Assembly: GCF_964204865.1 (NCBI RefSeq)
Contig: NC_135253.1
Coordinates: 17,794,001-17,858,000, forward strand
Length of the DNA stretch: 64,000 nt
DNA from: Styela clava
Taxonomy: Eukaryota
Direction: 5' to 3'
A program made the position numbers and the translations under genes. Below are positions 48,991 through 62,855 of this stretch, in pieces. Numbering within the stretch: position 1 is the first letter of the stretch; each line of letters starts with the position of its first letter. Below the pieces are notes generated by a model, which saw only the letters and a list, made by a program, of their open reading frames with translations, did no database searches and was not told the origin of the DNA.

Positions 48991-50038
48991 ATTACACCTC
49001 ATACTGACAAATCGTTCAGATTTGCACAGAGGAAATATGTAAACAGGTAATATTATAAATCAAAACAAGTTTGTTTTTCTAGATTTAGCAAAACTATGTT
49101 GCTTATTCGACCAAGGCATGAATACAGTTCTATCATGAGCGCATCTGACTAAATCAAAAATGGGGTTATTCAAAATTCCATTAGTATATGTCAAGAACAA
49201 TGTAGGTCCACAAACTCAACCCTGAATGATTCCATATTTGACATTGAAATAAGATAATTGCATTTTTAAAATGAAGGGTAACAATTTGATAGCATCAGTT
49301 TAAACCGATATATCAGTGCTATAGAATGAATTTGAATTGTGGGAAGACAATCTGATTCGATCAGATCGTTTGAGTTGTGATTGAAAAGAATCTCTACTTG
49401 CACATAGGTTTCAAACAAATTTTTCCTCTACCTTATGATTCTTGTATTGAAAAATACCATATACAAGAAAAAACTTTTGTTTTCCGCATATTGTTTCAGT
49501 TGAAAATTTTGACTCTCAATTCAACAAGTTCTGTGATATCGCATTTGAAAACGAGAGCTTTAAAAAGTTGAAAAAATATAAGACAAACAAAAATGTCTAC
49601 TTTGATCCACAACACTGGAGATAAGCATTAGGGTGGACAAATTTCGGTTCATATTTAGCTAGTGTATACAAATCACAAACGATTAGCACATCGCACTAAT
49701 TGACGTAAGCAAAACTGCAACACACCATGCTGAAAGTGTGTATTCAGTACAGAAGTTGAACTCCTAAATGATATATGCTCATACGCGCCTTCAAATACAG
49801 TGGTATATGCTGCAATACCAGCTTTCTATCCCATCCAGTGAATGAACACACAAAAATTGCTAAAAACTTAAACTTATAATATCAATCTTACAAAAATATA
49901 TATTTTTTTGTTTAACGAAATACTAATTCGATTAAAGGTAACGACTAAGTGCAACAGTAACTGCACTTCTCGGTCATGTGGCAGAAAGAGGTTTTTCAAC
50001 GAATTATGAACTTGAATCACAGTTTAAAAAAATGAAAG

Positions 50039-53000
50039 TTATGTATAATAATCAAACTGTTCCTTTTCATCTTCAGCAATTACGCTGAGTGCTTTTGATA
50101 TTGTGTTTCGAACCACAATGGCTGCATGAATATCCATTGCAAGTTCGAATTTGTCCTGATTCTCACATTCTTTTGCAATAGCTTTCCATCGTCTTTTAAC
50201 AAGGTCGTTGTTATCATAGGCATCTTGACCATCCTCATAAATCACTTTTGATAAATCAGAAGCAGTGAGAGGGCTGTCATCAGAATCACCGACTTTTTCT
50301 ACTTTTTGACCGTTGTAGATTTGATCGAGAAGTTGAACCTTATTATAAAATAAAGAGTAAACAAACAACTCTTTGAAAATACATCATGAATCTAATTGGT
50401 AGAATCTTTTCTTAGTAGTGATATTAACTGATTAATTTATTTGTAAAACTATAACACTATATTGTAATTAAAACTACTATTATGATTGAAAAATTGAAAA
50501 TTTTTTTATACAATTTTGCAATTTCTCTCTGAACAAGGCTCTATGTAAGCACCACTTCCATACACAAAAAGCTACTATTTTTAAAAGAATTGTAAGATTT
50601 CCAGTTTGGCCTCGGCTACCCAATTTATTGCCTCTTGGGTGAGGTGATTAGCATGGGGGGTTTAATCACAGATGTTCAGTATGTGATGTTAACATAGTTA
50701 GATGAAATGTTCTAACCACTTAGTTTGGTATAGCAATAGATGAAGCTTATTTAGATAGAAAGGCCCGTCAGCCTGTTTGTCGCCAGTTGGGAGACAAATT
50801 TACGATCCAGAGGCACTGAAGTATGGCAGAGATCACCATGGCGACCAATTCAGTCCCTCCCAATTTTGATTCCTGTCCTGCAGAACCCTCCAAAGAAGCT
50901 CGTGGAACAGGAGTATTCCAGGGAACACAGTTTGAGAAACGCTGGTCTACTGCATATAAACCTACACTAAATTACAAGTCACCTTATTTCAAACAATCAT
51001 AACACAGAAAGCATTAAAATCACTTACCGCCAATATCTTTCCATCATCTCCCACTTGAATCAAATGTATTAAGGAATGACTGAGTGGTATAGGTAGTGGA
51101 GATTGATAACTGATGTAACGTTCACTTTGACCACTGGCAGAATCATCACTCGCACTATATTCATCTGGAGTTGTGCGACTCAGAATCCAAACAAGATTTT
51201 CATCCATGCATTGTTTTAATAATTCAAAATATGTCTCTGAACAAGAACATAGAAAAAAAAGATGGCAACGATCAGCGCATTGTGCTAAACATTAAGAACA
51301 TGCTTGTCAGGCACTTTTCCTTTTAATACTGGCTGGTAACCTTATTACAAACAGTCCAATGCCTTGATTATTTAAGCCATCAGATATGAGTGACAAATAA
51401 TGGTTGGAAAAAAGGTATCTTATCCTCATCACAATGAATTCATTAATGGCTCGACAGTTGCCACATTATGCTTAGTGTTCAAAATATGCTCACCATCACA
51501 CTGTGGTTCTCATCATGTAGCTGCAAGACAGTTCACATAGTGGCCAGTTGGACACGGCACCACCCAAGTCAATGCATCCGAAACAATAAACTGGTGAATG
51601 AACTATCCCCATATCCAACCTGGACTGGCAAGCAGGCGAGAGTTGTAGTCCGCCATATAATTAAGCCAATTTACTGGTTTTTCTAACTTTCGGGATATAT
51701 ATGAAAGTCCTATCAAATCCTTATCATATTAGTAACCAAGATGGTATTTAATTAAAAAGAATCAAAAAGGCAATACAGACTAAATGTCAAAAGTTCTATG
51801 TAAGTGAGTCTTAACCTCTTGTAAACTTCTCAACATGGGTATAGTCCAACATTCCAGCAACTTGTCCAATCTTGTACAACAAAGACGCAGCCAATATTTT
51901 GCATCCAGATGTTTCAGAATACATTTTCTGAGCTGCAGCTAAACAACTATCTTTATTTTGCGTACAAGATTCTGCGTATTCACACAGTCTGTCAGCAACT
52001 GCTTTACATGATTTAATACATCCTTGTGTTACCCAGTGTAATACCATATCTGGTCGATTTTCATTCAGTGCACAACTGTATAAAATCATGATAAATTTGT
52101 TAAGTAATAAGATGATCATTGACAAAAAATAACTAGACGCAATTGAAAAATACCATTATATGATGATGGTTCAATAACAGAAATAATTAGCCAGTTCAAT
52201 GTTCCAGTTGGTTAAAATCGTTTGCCGTCAAAGCCACACTGATCAATTCTAGAAACTACCCTGTCTGGTAATTTATTGCTTGGTTTGGTATTTTCAACTA
52301 GACTGTTTACTGGCAACAGTAATTTATTTGTTGAGTTTATATACTTGGCTCCGCTTTATCTGAGTCATGTTTTGTTGGTGCTTTATCATTTCATTGTGTA
52401 CTGCTTTAAGGTGCTGCTAACGTTTAAGGTAATTAAACCCTAGTATTTGTGGATGGATTTGTTTGTAAAGTAATAAACTAAACTTAGATTACCACACCCT
52501 GCAGTTTGCAGTTTGCAATTGCAGTTTGTTGCATATAATCATTTACGAAAAACTTGAATCAGCTCATTGCTCAATTGAGTGAGAAGACAAGAATCTTTTA
52601 CATGGTAAACATGGAAAACCACAGTAAGTTCAGCTTTCCATGAGCGTTTACTTGTTACATTTTTGTTCTTCTACATTTACTCCAAATTCAACCTATCATC
52701 TAATTCAGAAGATAAGCATTTATCAAAACTCACGGTTATTATTTTTTTGTCAATTTGACACCATTGAAAATTTTTGACATATTATATTCTTGATCTAAGT
52801 GAACGAATACTTGACATAAAATACAAACTCACTTGACACATTCATATGACATTTCTTCATCAGCAAAATGATTTTGGGCAGAAGATGAATACATGAATGC
52901 TTCCGCGAACATGAACAATGGGGTTGGAGTTCCAACATAATTGATACTGACTTCTTTGAATCTGAAACAATTAGGCAGTATTTTTCAAAAGTACAAAATA

Positions 53001-56000
53001 TTCAAAACTATTAATTTATTTCTAAATGTTTAGTCAGTCAATTAAATAAATTATCGAAAGTGAGTTTGTTTAAAACCACAAGCGACATTTTCAGCATTTC
53101 TCACCGTACTGGAAATATGTCCAGTACATAAAGAATATAATATTAAAATCAAAAATGGTATTCCAGGGTAGAGGAATTGATAAATAATAGCATAACAAAA
53201 AAATTAAAAAAAATACCTCCATTCGTGTAACCAGAGTGTAAGGTATTAATGATACCTTAGGAAAATCTAATGGTGCTTGTTTTAATCAAATTAACCTCAA
53301 AAATGTTTCCATAGCTCGAAGAACTCCTCTTGGACTGATCGCTGCGTGGGTTGCAGCATTTGCATATTCACCATCGTAGAACAATTCATTAAATTTCTCA
53401 ATATATTCAAGAATCATTTCAGCTTCTTTTTCTCTCGACGGATCATCGTCTTCAAATCCAGCCTATTTGAATGAAAGATGAATTTAAAAATGTATCATAG
53501 AATGAAATGTACTAAGATTGAATTGATATGATAAAGCGATTGAAGAATGTCTTGAAGATATTGTTCTGTGACTCATTATTTGGCACAATAGCATATGTTT
53601 AACACTGATTACTCTTTGTGGATTGAAGTTCCAATTTCTGCATTTCATACTGAGTATCCAGATGAAAGCCAGTGGTTACTATAGGACTGAGCCATCTCAT
53701 TAACTTTCCTCTCCTGCAGTATGGATACGGAAAACATTATATCACAACATTATATCACAATAAAAACAACTCCTACATCTTCACACAATGTTAATGGGCA
53801 TTTTTGTAGGAAAATGGACGAAACCTCTTGGGGGCTTCAAAGTTACCGGTATGTGGAAACTGCTTAGCTATTTCATCTGATAACAATATGATTTCGGAGT
53901 TTTTTTAAGTCATTGATCGATTTTTGTATCACATATGGTGATATCCTAATTCTGGATAGTTTCGCAATAGCTTCTAACATTTAAGTGGTTGCTTGAATAT
54001 CTTTAAGGTAGTTTCTAAACACTTCTGGGTGAGTGCATGCAGTCTTGTATGAATTAAATTGATTACATTCCTATAAAAATAAACTACCGGTAATGCATTG
54101 TTTTTAATGTACAGCATCAACAAGAGCTGAGTGTTAAATCAGGATCGGACTGTAGGTAGAAAATTAGAAATACACACTGCCGTGCTCAGTACTGCAAACT
54201 GTCAGTACATTCTCTATCCAAGAAAGCATACCACTTGTGAAAACAAAAAATACTTAGAATTACATGAGGACTATCTATCAGTAAAGAAGATTCTCTCTTC
54301 ATCGAATAATTTGTCACTTTCTTCAGAATGTAATCTGAAAGACCTTGAGATAGAAATAAGATGACAATTTAAAAAAAAAAAAATTTCACACCTTAAATCC
54401 AAAGGATTTACTTAGGTTGAATATATCACCATCATTGATATAATTAAGAAGTACCATAAAAGAATTGACTAATTGCAAAAAGTTCAAAAATAAACAACTT
54501 TATAATATACTGGTACTTCAATATGAATATGAACACCAAGAATTAAACTTCATTAATTTATTCAAACTTCCTGGGAAAATTTAAACATCCTTGCGCGATG
54601 CGCCACATCGGCGAGCCTTTCTCTTTTGTTTAGTCATAATCTGAGTCTGGTATAACTCACTTCCACCTTTTCGGTGAAGGGCAAGTTCCTTATATTCACG
54701 GGCAGCTTCATTAGCCATTTTCAAAAGTTTATGACGCTTTTTCAATTTCGCGCAATCTATAGCAAGTTGTTCTTTTTCTTTCATTTTCTCTTTAAATTCC
54801 TGTAACATTTCATCCCTTTTCTCTTTAGGAACGTACAAGGTTTTCTTTTGTTTCCCAAGTTCTTCAATAACAGAATTTAAATTCTCAACTGCCGACTTCA
54901 AAGTTTTTTCATTTGTCCAGTCAATAACTGGTAATCCTGAAACAAAAAATTATAGTTTTCCCTGATTTGACCAATACAAATTGTACAAAATAATATAGGT
55001 GTAGAAGATTATACAGGAAAAACTCAAGTTTGAGATTTAGAGATATTAATGTGGCCAACAAGTGGTCAAATATAAAGACAGCTTTATGATTCAGATATCA
55101 TTTATTATTACATATTAAAAATCAGAATAAAAGTTTAATAGAGAAATCTATACATTTTTGTATAAAACTTCAAATTAATACCAGGAATCGGTCGCTTCTC
55201 GAATTTTTCAGTTTTCGTTGTCATGGCAACTGAGTCTTCAACATTAATATTGTCCACATCACCAGTGCTACTGTTATCCTCCTCACCAATTTTTAACAAC
55301 TCATTGAGAGTATTTTCAAGTCTCTGGTTCTCCGAGTTTAAGATAGAAAGCCTGAAATATGGAAATATGATTTTTATGAATTACCATACTTTTCTGTCAT
55401 ATTTTAACATTTCAAGTGTTATGTCCATATTCAAATAAAATTGGCATTCTAGAATCCTCTCTACAATTTAGGAAAATCTAAAAAGAAAACATAATACATG
55501 TTGAATGCACTTCAAAAATGTTATCACAAAACATGATATCATTGCGTAATTGAAATAGAATTTCAGACACCGCCTAAAGTAATTTTCGAAACATCCCCAT
55601 CATAAATATTGGTCCACTGCTAATGGTGCTCGACTGCAGTGGATGTACATTCTATATAAAAGAGAAGAACATTGCAAGAATAGATAAATCGTAACATTTT
55701 TAAAGAGTGTTTTGCACCTTTGTTTATAAAGTCTCTAGACAAGCAGCAGTTTATACATAGAGCGATAAAGTTTTTCTGGTAAAGAATTTCTTACTCAACT
55801 CAAACCATATAGTGGGCGTGTGGTAATGATATATAAAATATGAATATCTAAAACTACAGTCCTACTAAAAATTATTCCATTCATGATAAACCCAAAATCT
55901 CTTTGCTAAGTGGAATGTTAGGTCATCAAAGGTATTTGTTTGGGGTTATGTCCATTTCGTATTTATGATAGGATCAGGTAAAATTTGTGAGATTGAAGGC

Positions 56001-57766
56001 TGTTGAGTCGGATCTTTATTTTAAAGTTTAGGGCCAATGAAATTTTGTTTTTTTTTATTCAAACAAATATAGATCATTAATATATATCTAAACAAACAAG
56101 AGATATTTGCCTACTATATAAAACAATATCTTCTTGAAATTGAAAATGGCGAAGATTTGAAATGAGTAATAAAAATCCTAAAAATTGTGAAGGTTTCTAT
56201 GACACGAATATAAAACATTTAATCGAGACATATGACAGAAATTTGGTATTGAACAACATATAAGCTTATTCATATTAAAAAACGGATTGACTTTTGATTC
56301 CTTCCTTGGCCATATAGTTTTAGGACCCATATGTTGTCATCATATTTGATGGCTGCTTTTCTGGACCATTATCTATGATAAATTTTCAAACACATTAAAA
56401 TTAATTATTCAGAAGCTAATTTATCTTCAAAACATTTTAACTACAACACCTGTTTTCCAGTTCTTTTTGTCGTCTTTGATAACCGTTAACAGTTGTAGGA
56501 AGACTGGACAAAGTTTTTATTTTGACTTGTAGAAACTTTGCTTCACGTTGACCTGTTTTCAATGCGGCAATGCAGTCTTCATATTCTCGTTTAATGTCTG
56601 ATAATATATCCTTATATACTGTCACTTTGCTAATCAACTTGCTGAATGCTGTGCTGTAAAGCCATTTTCACATATTAGGTTCTTATAAAAAGCCAAATTG
56701 CTAGATTGGTAAAATATGTCATATGTCAATTCAAAATGTGTCATATGAAATATGTCAATTCAAAATATACAGACTGCAGATTGACAAAAGTTTTGATTCA
56801 ACTTCCGACTGAGGGAAATATGGCCTTCTACTCTCGTTCCTAATTTAGAGAAAACCAAATTTTGTTCAAAAAAATTCTGGTATGCAAGCCTTCCTCAATT
56901 GTCTGTTGAGAATGCTCAGTCAACTTGATGCATTTTCAGTTTTTGTTGGAAATTCCTAAGGTAATAATCACAATTTCCAGTCAGAAATTACATCTCTCTA
57001 TTAAAAATTAAATATCTGAATCTGAATCTCCAAAAAATTCGAAATTCTTACTCCAAACACATGGAAGACTCTGGGTCGAATATGAATAAAAACATGTCAA
57101 ACTCATACTTCACAGCCTGAATATGAACCATTGTTTGAATTATTTTCTTTAATATTCAATCCAGTTGCCAGGCAATAAAAATCTCAAATTGAAATCTTGG
57201 AAAATGGAAAAAATTGGATCATATATGCATATCGAATACAATTGATATATATTCTGTTTTTTTTTGTTTTTTGTAAAAATAACATCATAGTTTTGTCTTT
57301 GGCCAAAAATGCAATACATAAACCCAATCAATTCCTAATCTATAGGTAAAATATCTTCAATTAAACATATCTAGAGGATGATCCAAAAAAATATCTTAAT
57401 CATTTTGTATGAAAATGAAGAAAATTTACTTTACACTTGAACTTCTGTTTGTGCATGATTGTAACCAAAAGTTTCAGTAATCTTTGCATAAAAGTTATAC
57501 TCTCTATAGAATATTTTGCAATTGACCTGGGTTCTGTTTCATTAGGATCACCCTGTATTAGTAAACTTATCATCTTACCTGTATATCCAATATCTACGAT
57601 CATCTGGTCCTGGAGTTGTACACCCAACTTTTTGTAACTCAGTTTTAATGTAATTTTGAACTTCTTTCAATGCTATCTTGTCTCTTTCGCACACTATTGG
57701 TGGCAGTGGTGGCTTATTTCCATGCAAACTTCGATCAGTGTAAAGCAATCTTTCCCCAGCATCCAT
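50039..57766 (-). CDS. CLHC1: Clathrin heavy chain linker domain-containing protein 1; ~10 exons (57766-57579, 56653-56450, 55351-55182, 54936-54661, ~54343-54267, ~53462-53296, ~52961-52833, ~52076-51815, ~51236-51027, 50338-50039)
   Basis: N-terminal LPPIVCERDK..L..VQ.YI.TE...GC...GP....Y.IY, YKDILSDIKREY and linker motif FNELFYDGEYANAATHAAISPRGVLR match recalled CLHC1. Confidence 0.9.
51540..51670 (+). mobile_element. Old degenerate SINE 3' fragment in a CLHC1 intron
   Basis: caccacccaagtcaatgcatccgaaacaa...ccgccatat...taagcc aligns with 62455-62570. Confidence 0.6.
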
Positions 57767-58538
57767 GCTTTATTAAACTAGAATATACTAAATGCAAAAT
57801 CAGAAAATGTTCAAAAATCTATTGGTACCATACTTGGATAATAATTCAATCTTCTTGTTGGCTCGAATATAAGTCCTACATTATCATGCAAAGATTTAAT
57901 TCACAATGAAATCAGCATTCTGCTATCTAAAACATTTAGCCAAATGGGACAAAATATCATGGCATTTTTTTGAGTGTGAATCTCCTTGTGAATTTCCTTG
58001 AAACTAAGGTAAATACCACAGTAGATGAAAGAAGTAAAAATAGGTATCAGTATCCCACTAAAGTTGTCTGTCTAAAAAGTACAGATATGAAGAGGCAGTG
58101 TTGTGTTTTGTTGTCAAAGTAGGAAACATCCTTATTCCATTCGTATGTTGTCACAATACTCACAAAATGTTAGCATTTATTAGGCAAAATGTTAAATAAA
58201 AGTAAACGTATGTTAATCAAAATGACACCAATTTTAAACTCGAGATTCTTAAACATGTACTGGTAATAGTACCAGAAATTGTATTGTCCTAATAAAAACC
58301 AACACCATACTAAAAGTACACAAAAAGCGCCGTGATGAAATTCCCAAGTTTTGTCAAAGCAAGGGAATTAGTAATTAAGTAGGGAGAAGTAAAAGCTGAA
58401 AAAACGACTAAAACATAAAAGAATTAAACAATCAATTTATCATTGTCAACGCAAAATAAGCATTGATAAGATGCACATCATTAAGAAATTCAGCAATATA
58501 ATGTGTGAAAGTGAGACAACAGTTCATATCTGCAATGA

Positions 58539-58688
58539 TCATTGTGCTTCTCTGAACGCTCGTGATTGTCCTTCATTCTTGTAGTACCAATACTCGACAC
58601 TTTTAGTTTGCAAATCCACTATTGGTTCTCCAGAATCAGCAGATAACGTCTCAAATACAATAACAGTAATTGGTTCTTGATCTGCCAT
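58539..58688 (-). CDS. Putative microprotein A (49 aa from MADQEP; the ORF extends to an ATG at 58808)
   Basis: Shares an ungapped 25-aa motif with the ORF at 59704-59898; no independent expression evidence. Confidence 0.35.
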   Translation of the reverse strand: MADQEPITVIVFETLSADSGEPIVDLQTKSVEYWYYKNEGQSRAFREAQ

Positions 58689-59703
58689 TTGCACACATGC
58701 TTCACCAAAAGATGGCAAATTTATTATGCAATCTAAATTATTTGTGATCCGCATGGTGGCACATTCGAGCGAGCTTTTTTGGTATTGCGTAGTACGACAA
58801 TGAGTCATATTATATAATATGCTATTTTTATTAAGGTTCTCTGAATTCTATCTTCTCTCTGAAACTATCTTCGAAGGTTATATAAATAACCGGAAAAATA
58901 TATCGACAATCTTGATCCGATCGAACTTTACCAAACTTACCACTTAGGAAGCAATTAGTTATCAGTCTGCACTATTCCAATATCAAGTGCCAATTCAACA
59001 CTCAAATATCGTAGCCGATCAAATTTCGCATAAATAATGCTCTCTTACAAAATTATACAGAAGGTATTGAATTTATTGTGTCAATATTTTTATCCAGTTT
59101 AGTCAGATGTACACAGATTTTCATTAGGTGTCAGGGGGTTATTTTAGTTTCATTTAGCTTAATCTTCATTTTTGATAATACTTGGTGGTTAAGTTGATGT
59201 GAAATATTTCAAGTATTACATTATCCGTTATTCTAAATGAATATTCAATTTGAATTTCTTGGATTTGTCAGTAGTTGCATGTGATCCTTCTTAAAATTTG
59301 TTAAATAATTTTCACTGCCGGAGTGCCCACAGCTTTGTCTTAAGTAAATTACCAGAAACAAGGCGTGTATGTGACTTTGTCTTCTATATATTGCTAAAAT
59401 ACCCACATTTTCTGATTAAGTTTGAAATAATAATACAAGGTACCATATCTTTATTCAGAAAAATTTAAATGGTTTTTGCACGCAATACGGCAATAAACAT
59501 GCACAATACTGTTAATATAAATAAGGCTGCAAATACTTAACATACTGCATGCTGTCATGTCTAGCCTTTTTCTAATTCCATGACAAGTTGATGAAGAATG
59601 AAAACGAAATTACATAACAAAAAAAAAATGAACTGGTGTTCGTATTTCTACATCCATAATAAAAAGTAATACAGGATAAAAAACGAAACATCCTTTAGCA
59701 AGT

Positions 59704-59898
59704 TTATTGATGATAGTCAAGTTGTAAATTGCTTATAAATGCTCTCCAACGTCCACTGAAATCCTTGTAATGATACTCGAATGTTCCATCATTTAGATTG
59801 ATCCAAATTTCTATGTTGGATTCTGTGTAATTCATCGAATCATCCATCTTGTGATGACTTGAAGATTCAACTTTTTTTTCTTGCGTTTTGTTATCCAT
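59704..59898 (-). CDS. Putative microprotein B (64 aa from MDNK, or 47 aa from MDDS at 59847)
   Basis: Shares E-x2-[VI][DN]L-x5-EYxY-x4-G-x2-RAF with microprotein A. Confidence 0.35.
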   Translation of the reverse strand: MDNKTQEKKVESSSHHKMDDSMNYTESNIEIWINLNDGTFEYHYKDFSGRWRAFISNLQLDYHQ

Positions 59899-62275
59899 TT
59901 CACGAAGCAAGCACTTCAACAGGTATGAGTAGCACTCAAACGTATTCGGTCACAATAATATTTTCTTTGTTATGTGTTTGTCACATGATTTATTTTGCCG
60001 CCAATCACTTGAGGTCATTCAAGAGCAGTAGAGAACATTGTCTAACTATTGCCCAGACTTTTAAAAACTCACAGGATAGGATGGAAACACGCAAGTCACT
60101 TACTTTTGATATGGCACCGCAATAAATACTTTGCAATATCATTTATTGTTACTAGACGTGTGGGGAATTCTCTGTTCAAGGTATTCTAATATTAATAATT
60201 TCAAAAATTATGCCGGTCTCACATATTTCTGACTTGCGGCTTTCATACTGTAAAATTTTGCCCCCCCCCTGTAATAAAGGATACTTATTGAACAGCAACG
60301 CGGCTAACATTTACGACTCCAAAAATGCTTGAAGATTGAGTAAAACCTGATTGGATTGAATAATCTCAAAGCATAATTGCAAATGACAACAAATAACAGA
60401 AAAGTACGTAACTGACCCAAACAGAGAAGTCCTCTATCACTTTATAATGTACACATCAGCCATTATTTGTTCAAAGTAATATTACATTGCCAAAACAATT
60501 ATTAACTTTCTAAGGTCAATCATGATGCTAAATATAACCCTAAAAAATACAGAAAAAAATTTATACAAATATATCTTTTAGAAAACCAAGTTTGTGCAAC
60601 TATACTAAACCACAAAAAGTTTCGAATTAGCCAATAGCTGTAACAATTATCATCAAACAAATCATATGCAACTCAAGATACTTCTAATCTAGCTTTACTT
60701 CAACTGCATAAACATGATCTTGCTTCGACCATTCAAAAAATGGTTTGTTTAAGATTCCCTCATGTTGATTCGAGACGTCATGTTCAAGTCTGGCATAAAT
60801 TAAAAAAATTTTCCACTATACTATCAAAGTCAAAATATATCACTCTAAGATAATAAGCATATGATAACGACGTTTTTTGATCATTCATATTTTTTTTATC
60901 ATGATATATTTCTCGTCTCTTGATATGTCCTAAATATGATTGCTCAAACACTTTTGTGTCATTCAATCGTTCAACATATTGCTCACAAACAAATTGTTTC
61001 GTATGTATCTTGTATGTGGACTTTATTTGATTTAAACATAGTCTCTTCTTGACATTTAATTCATACATACATAACGTAAATAATCAATTTTTATAATCTT
61101 AAATAAACTCTGTCTATAAAAATGTTTTATTGAAAAACTTGAAAATGTCCACTTCATTTTATGAATCTACTCCGTGTTATGCTACTACCAGTTGTTTTTC
61201 ATACCATGACAAAAATAAAATGTGAAACATTTCGTTTTACAACGACTGAAGGAGGAGAAGAAAATTCCATTTCAGGCCAAAACTGAATTTGAATTCATCT
61301 ATTGATTTAAGTGGTCATCATGTTAGGTGAATAATATTTCAGGAATAAACTCAATGACTCATTTCTGAGCTATTTCTTTAGTGATGTTCTCTCTATGTAC
61401 GATTTATAATATCATTTACTGCCATATTAGATATGACTTTATTTTACTTTTAAACTTGTCGTCAATATCAAATAAATTTTTTCATTGTTAATCTATTATT
61501 GAAGTTGAATTTTTTAACTCAGTGTGCGTTGTGCATGCAACTGTGATATAAAGATAGAAAGATTCTGAGCAAACGAATGAATACAAGATTCTAGGTTGCA
61601 GCTTTCTTTAATCTGCTCATGCATTATTTGCCCAATTTGTTACAATTTCACATTTTCTCATGAATCCTCAGTTTTAAATTATTGTTATCATTTTGTTTTT
61701 GTGCAAACATATTTTCAATTATTTGCAACAGGTTTCTTTCAACTGTTTTGCGAGTGCTCAAACATAGGTCAAACATTCGTGAAATAAATCGGTAATTATT
61801 GAAACAATAATGGTTTGAAGCAATTTGATAGTCCTTGGTTTTGAATTAAACAATGGGTTAGCATGGTAATTCATTTTACCACATTCAGACATACAGTTGT
61901 TGTAATGCAAACTGGCAAATTAGTCTACACCAAATAGCCAAACTAATGTTACTATTATGCTGAAATGAAATAATATAAAAGTATGAGAAACTTATGAAAT
62001 TCTTTATCAGCCAGATTAAATTAAAGAGATATTATAAAGTAAAATGAGAAAGAAACAACATCAAAATACAGTAACCGCACCCTGTAACTTATGCTTCATC
62101 ATTACTGCATTCTGAAAATGGCACACAATTAATGTGCAAAAACAAAAAAGCATGAAAAACGTATTTTCAATGCGTAAAAATGTAATTAACAAGTAACCTA
62201 ACATAATACTACTACCACCGTACCATAAACGCACTTACGGTACCTTACACTGTACCGCCTGACTGTACACAAAAC

Positions 62276-62622
62276 GGCGCGGCGGTGTGGCTCAACGGGC
62301 TAAGCGTTAGGAATACGCTCACCACCGCACCTCTAATTACTCTGCGTGGGTTCGCAAGTTCGAATCCCATGCAGGGATGGTTATGTGCGTGAGGATTGCT
62401 GGACTCCTCGCCGACGTTGGGTGGTTCACGTAACCGCTGGTCGGTTACGGCTTCCTCCACCACCAAGTCCATGCTTCCGAAAACAAAACAATACAGTAAA
62501 ACTAATCCCATACCCGACTTGGAATGGTAACCGGACGAGAGGCCGTGGTTCGCCATATGGATAAGCCGTCTTATCGGCTTTCCTCTCCCCCGGGATAAAT
62601 ATGTAAATCCTATCCTATCCTA
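62276..62622 (+). mobile_element. tRNA-derived SINE, full-length young copy
   Basis: A box TGGCTCAACGGG, B box GTTCGAATCC, (ATCCT)3 tail; TACACAA on both flanks is a possible TSD. Confidence 0.92.
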
Positions 62623-62841
62623 CACAATATTCCAGTGTTCTGATATTTCTGTATTCCATTCACTATACAAGCTTTTGGTTAAAATTTAAAATGTTCAGAC
62701 TGTCAGATTATCATCTAATGATTTCTTTTCATATTCATTTTGTGATTAATATATCCAAGCACAAACCTGTTTCGCGTAACAGCAATAATTATCCTTATCC
62801 TTAGCTGAAGTTCAATTTTAGGCAGGGAAATCCCCGCGTCA

Positions 62842-62855
62842 GTTGTCCTAGCAAC
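62842..62855. promoter_or_regulatory. Canonical RFX X-box
   Basis: GTTGTCCTAGCAAC (reverse complement GTTGCTAGGACAAC) in a locally CpG-richer patch ~5 kb upstream of the CLHC1 ATG. Confidence 0.6.

Noticed and set aside
54581-54660. ORF tail ELYQTQ...RKDV of the 106-aa ORF
   Set aside because: Intronic; the CLHC1 exon ends at the donor GGA A|GTGAGT (54661).
62276-62375. Possible tRNA gene (A and B boxes)
   Set aside because: The head continues into a ~250-bp body and simple-repeat tail, with no clean cloverleaf or T-run terminator; it is a SINE head.
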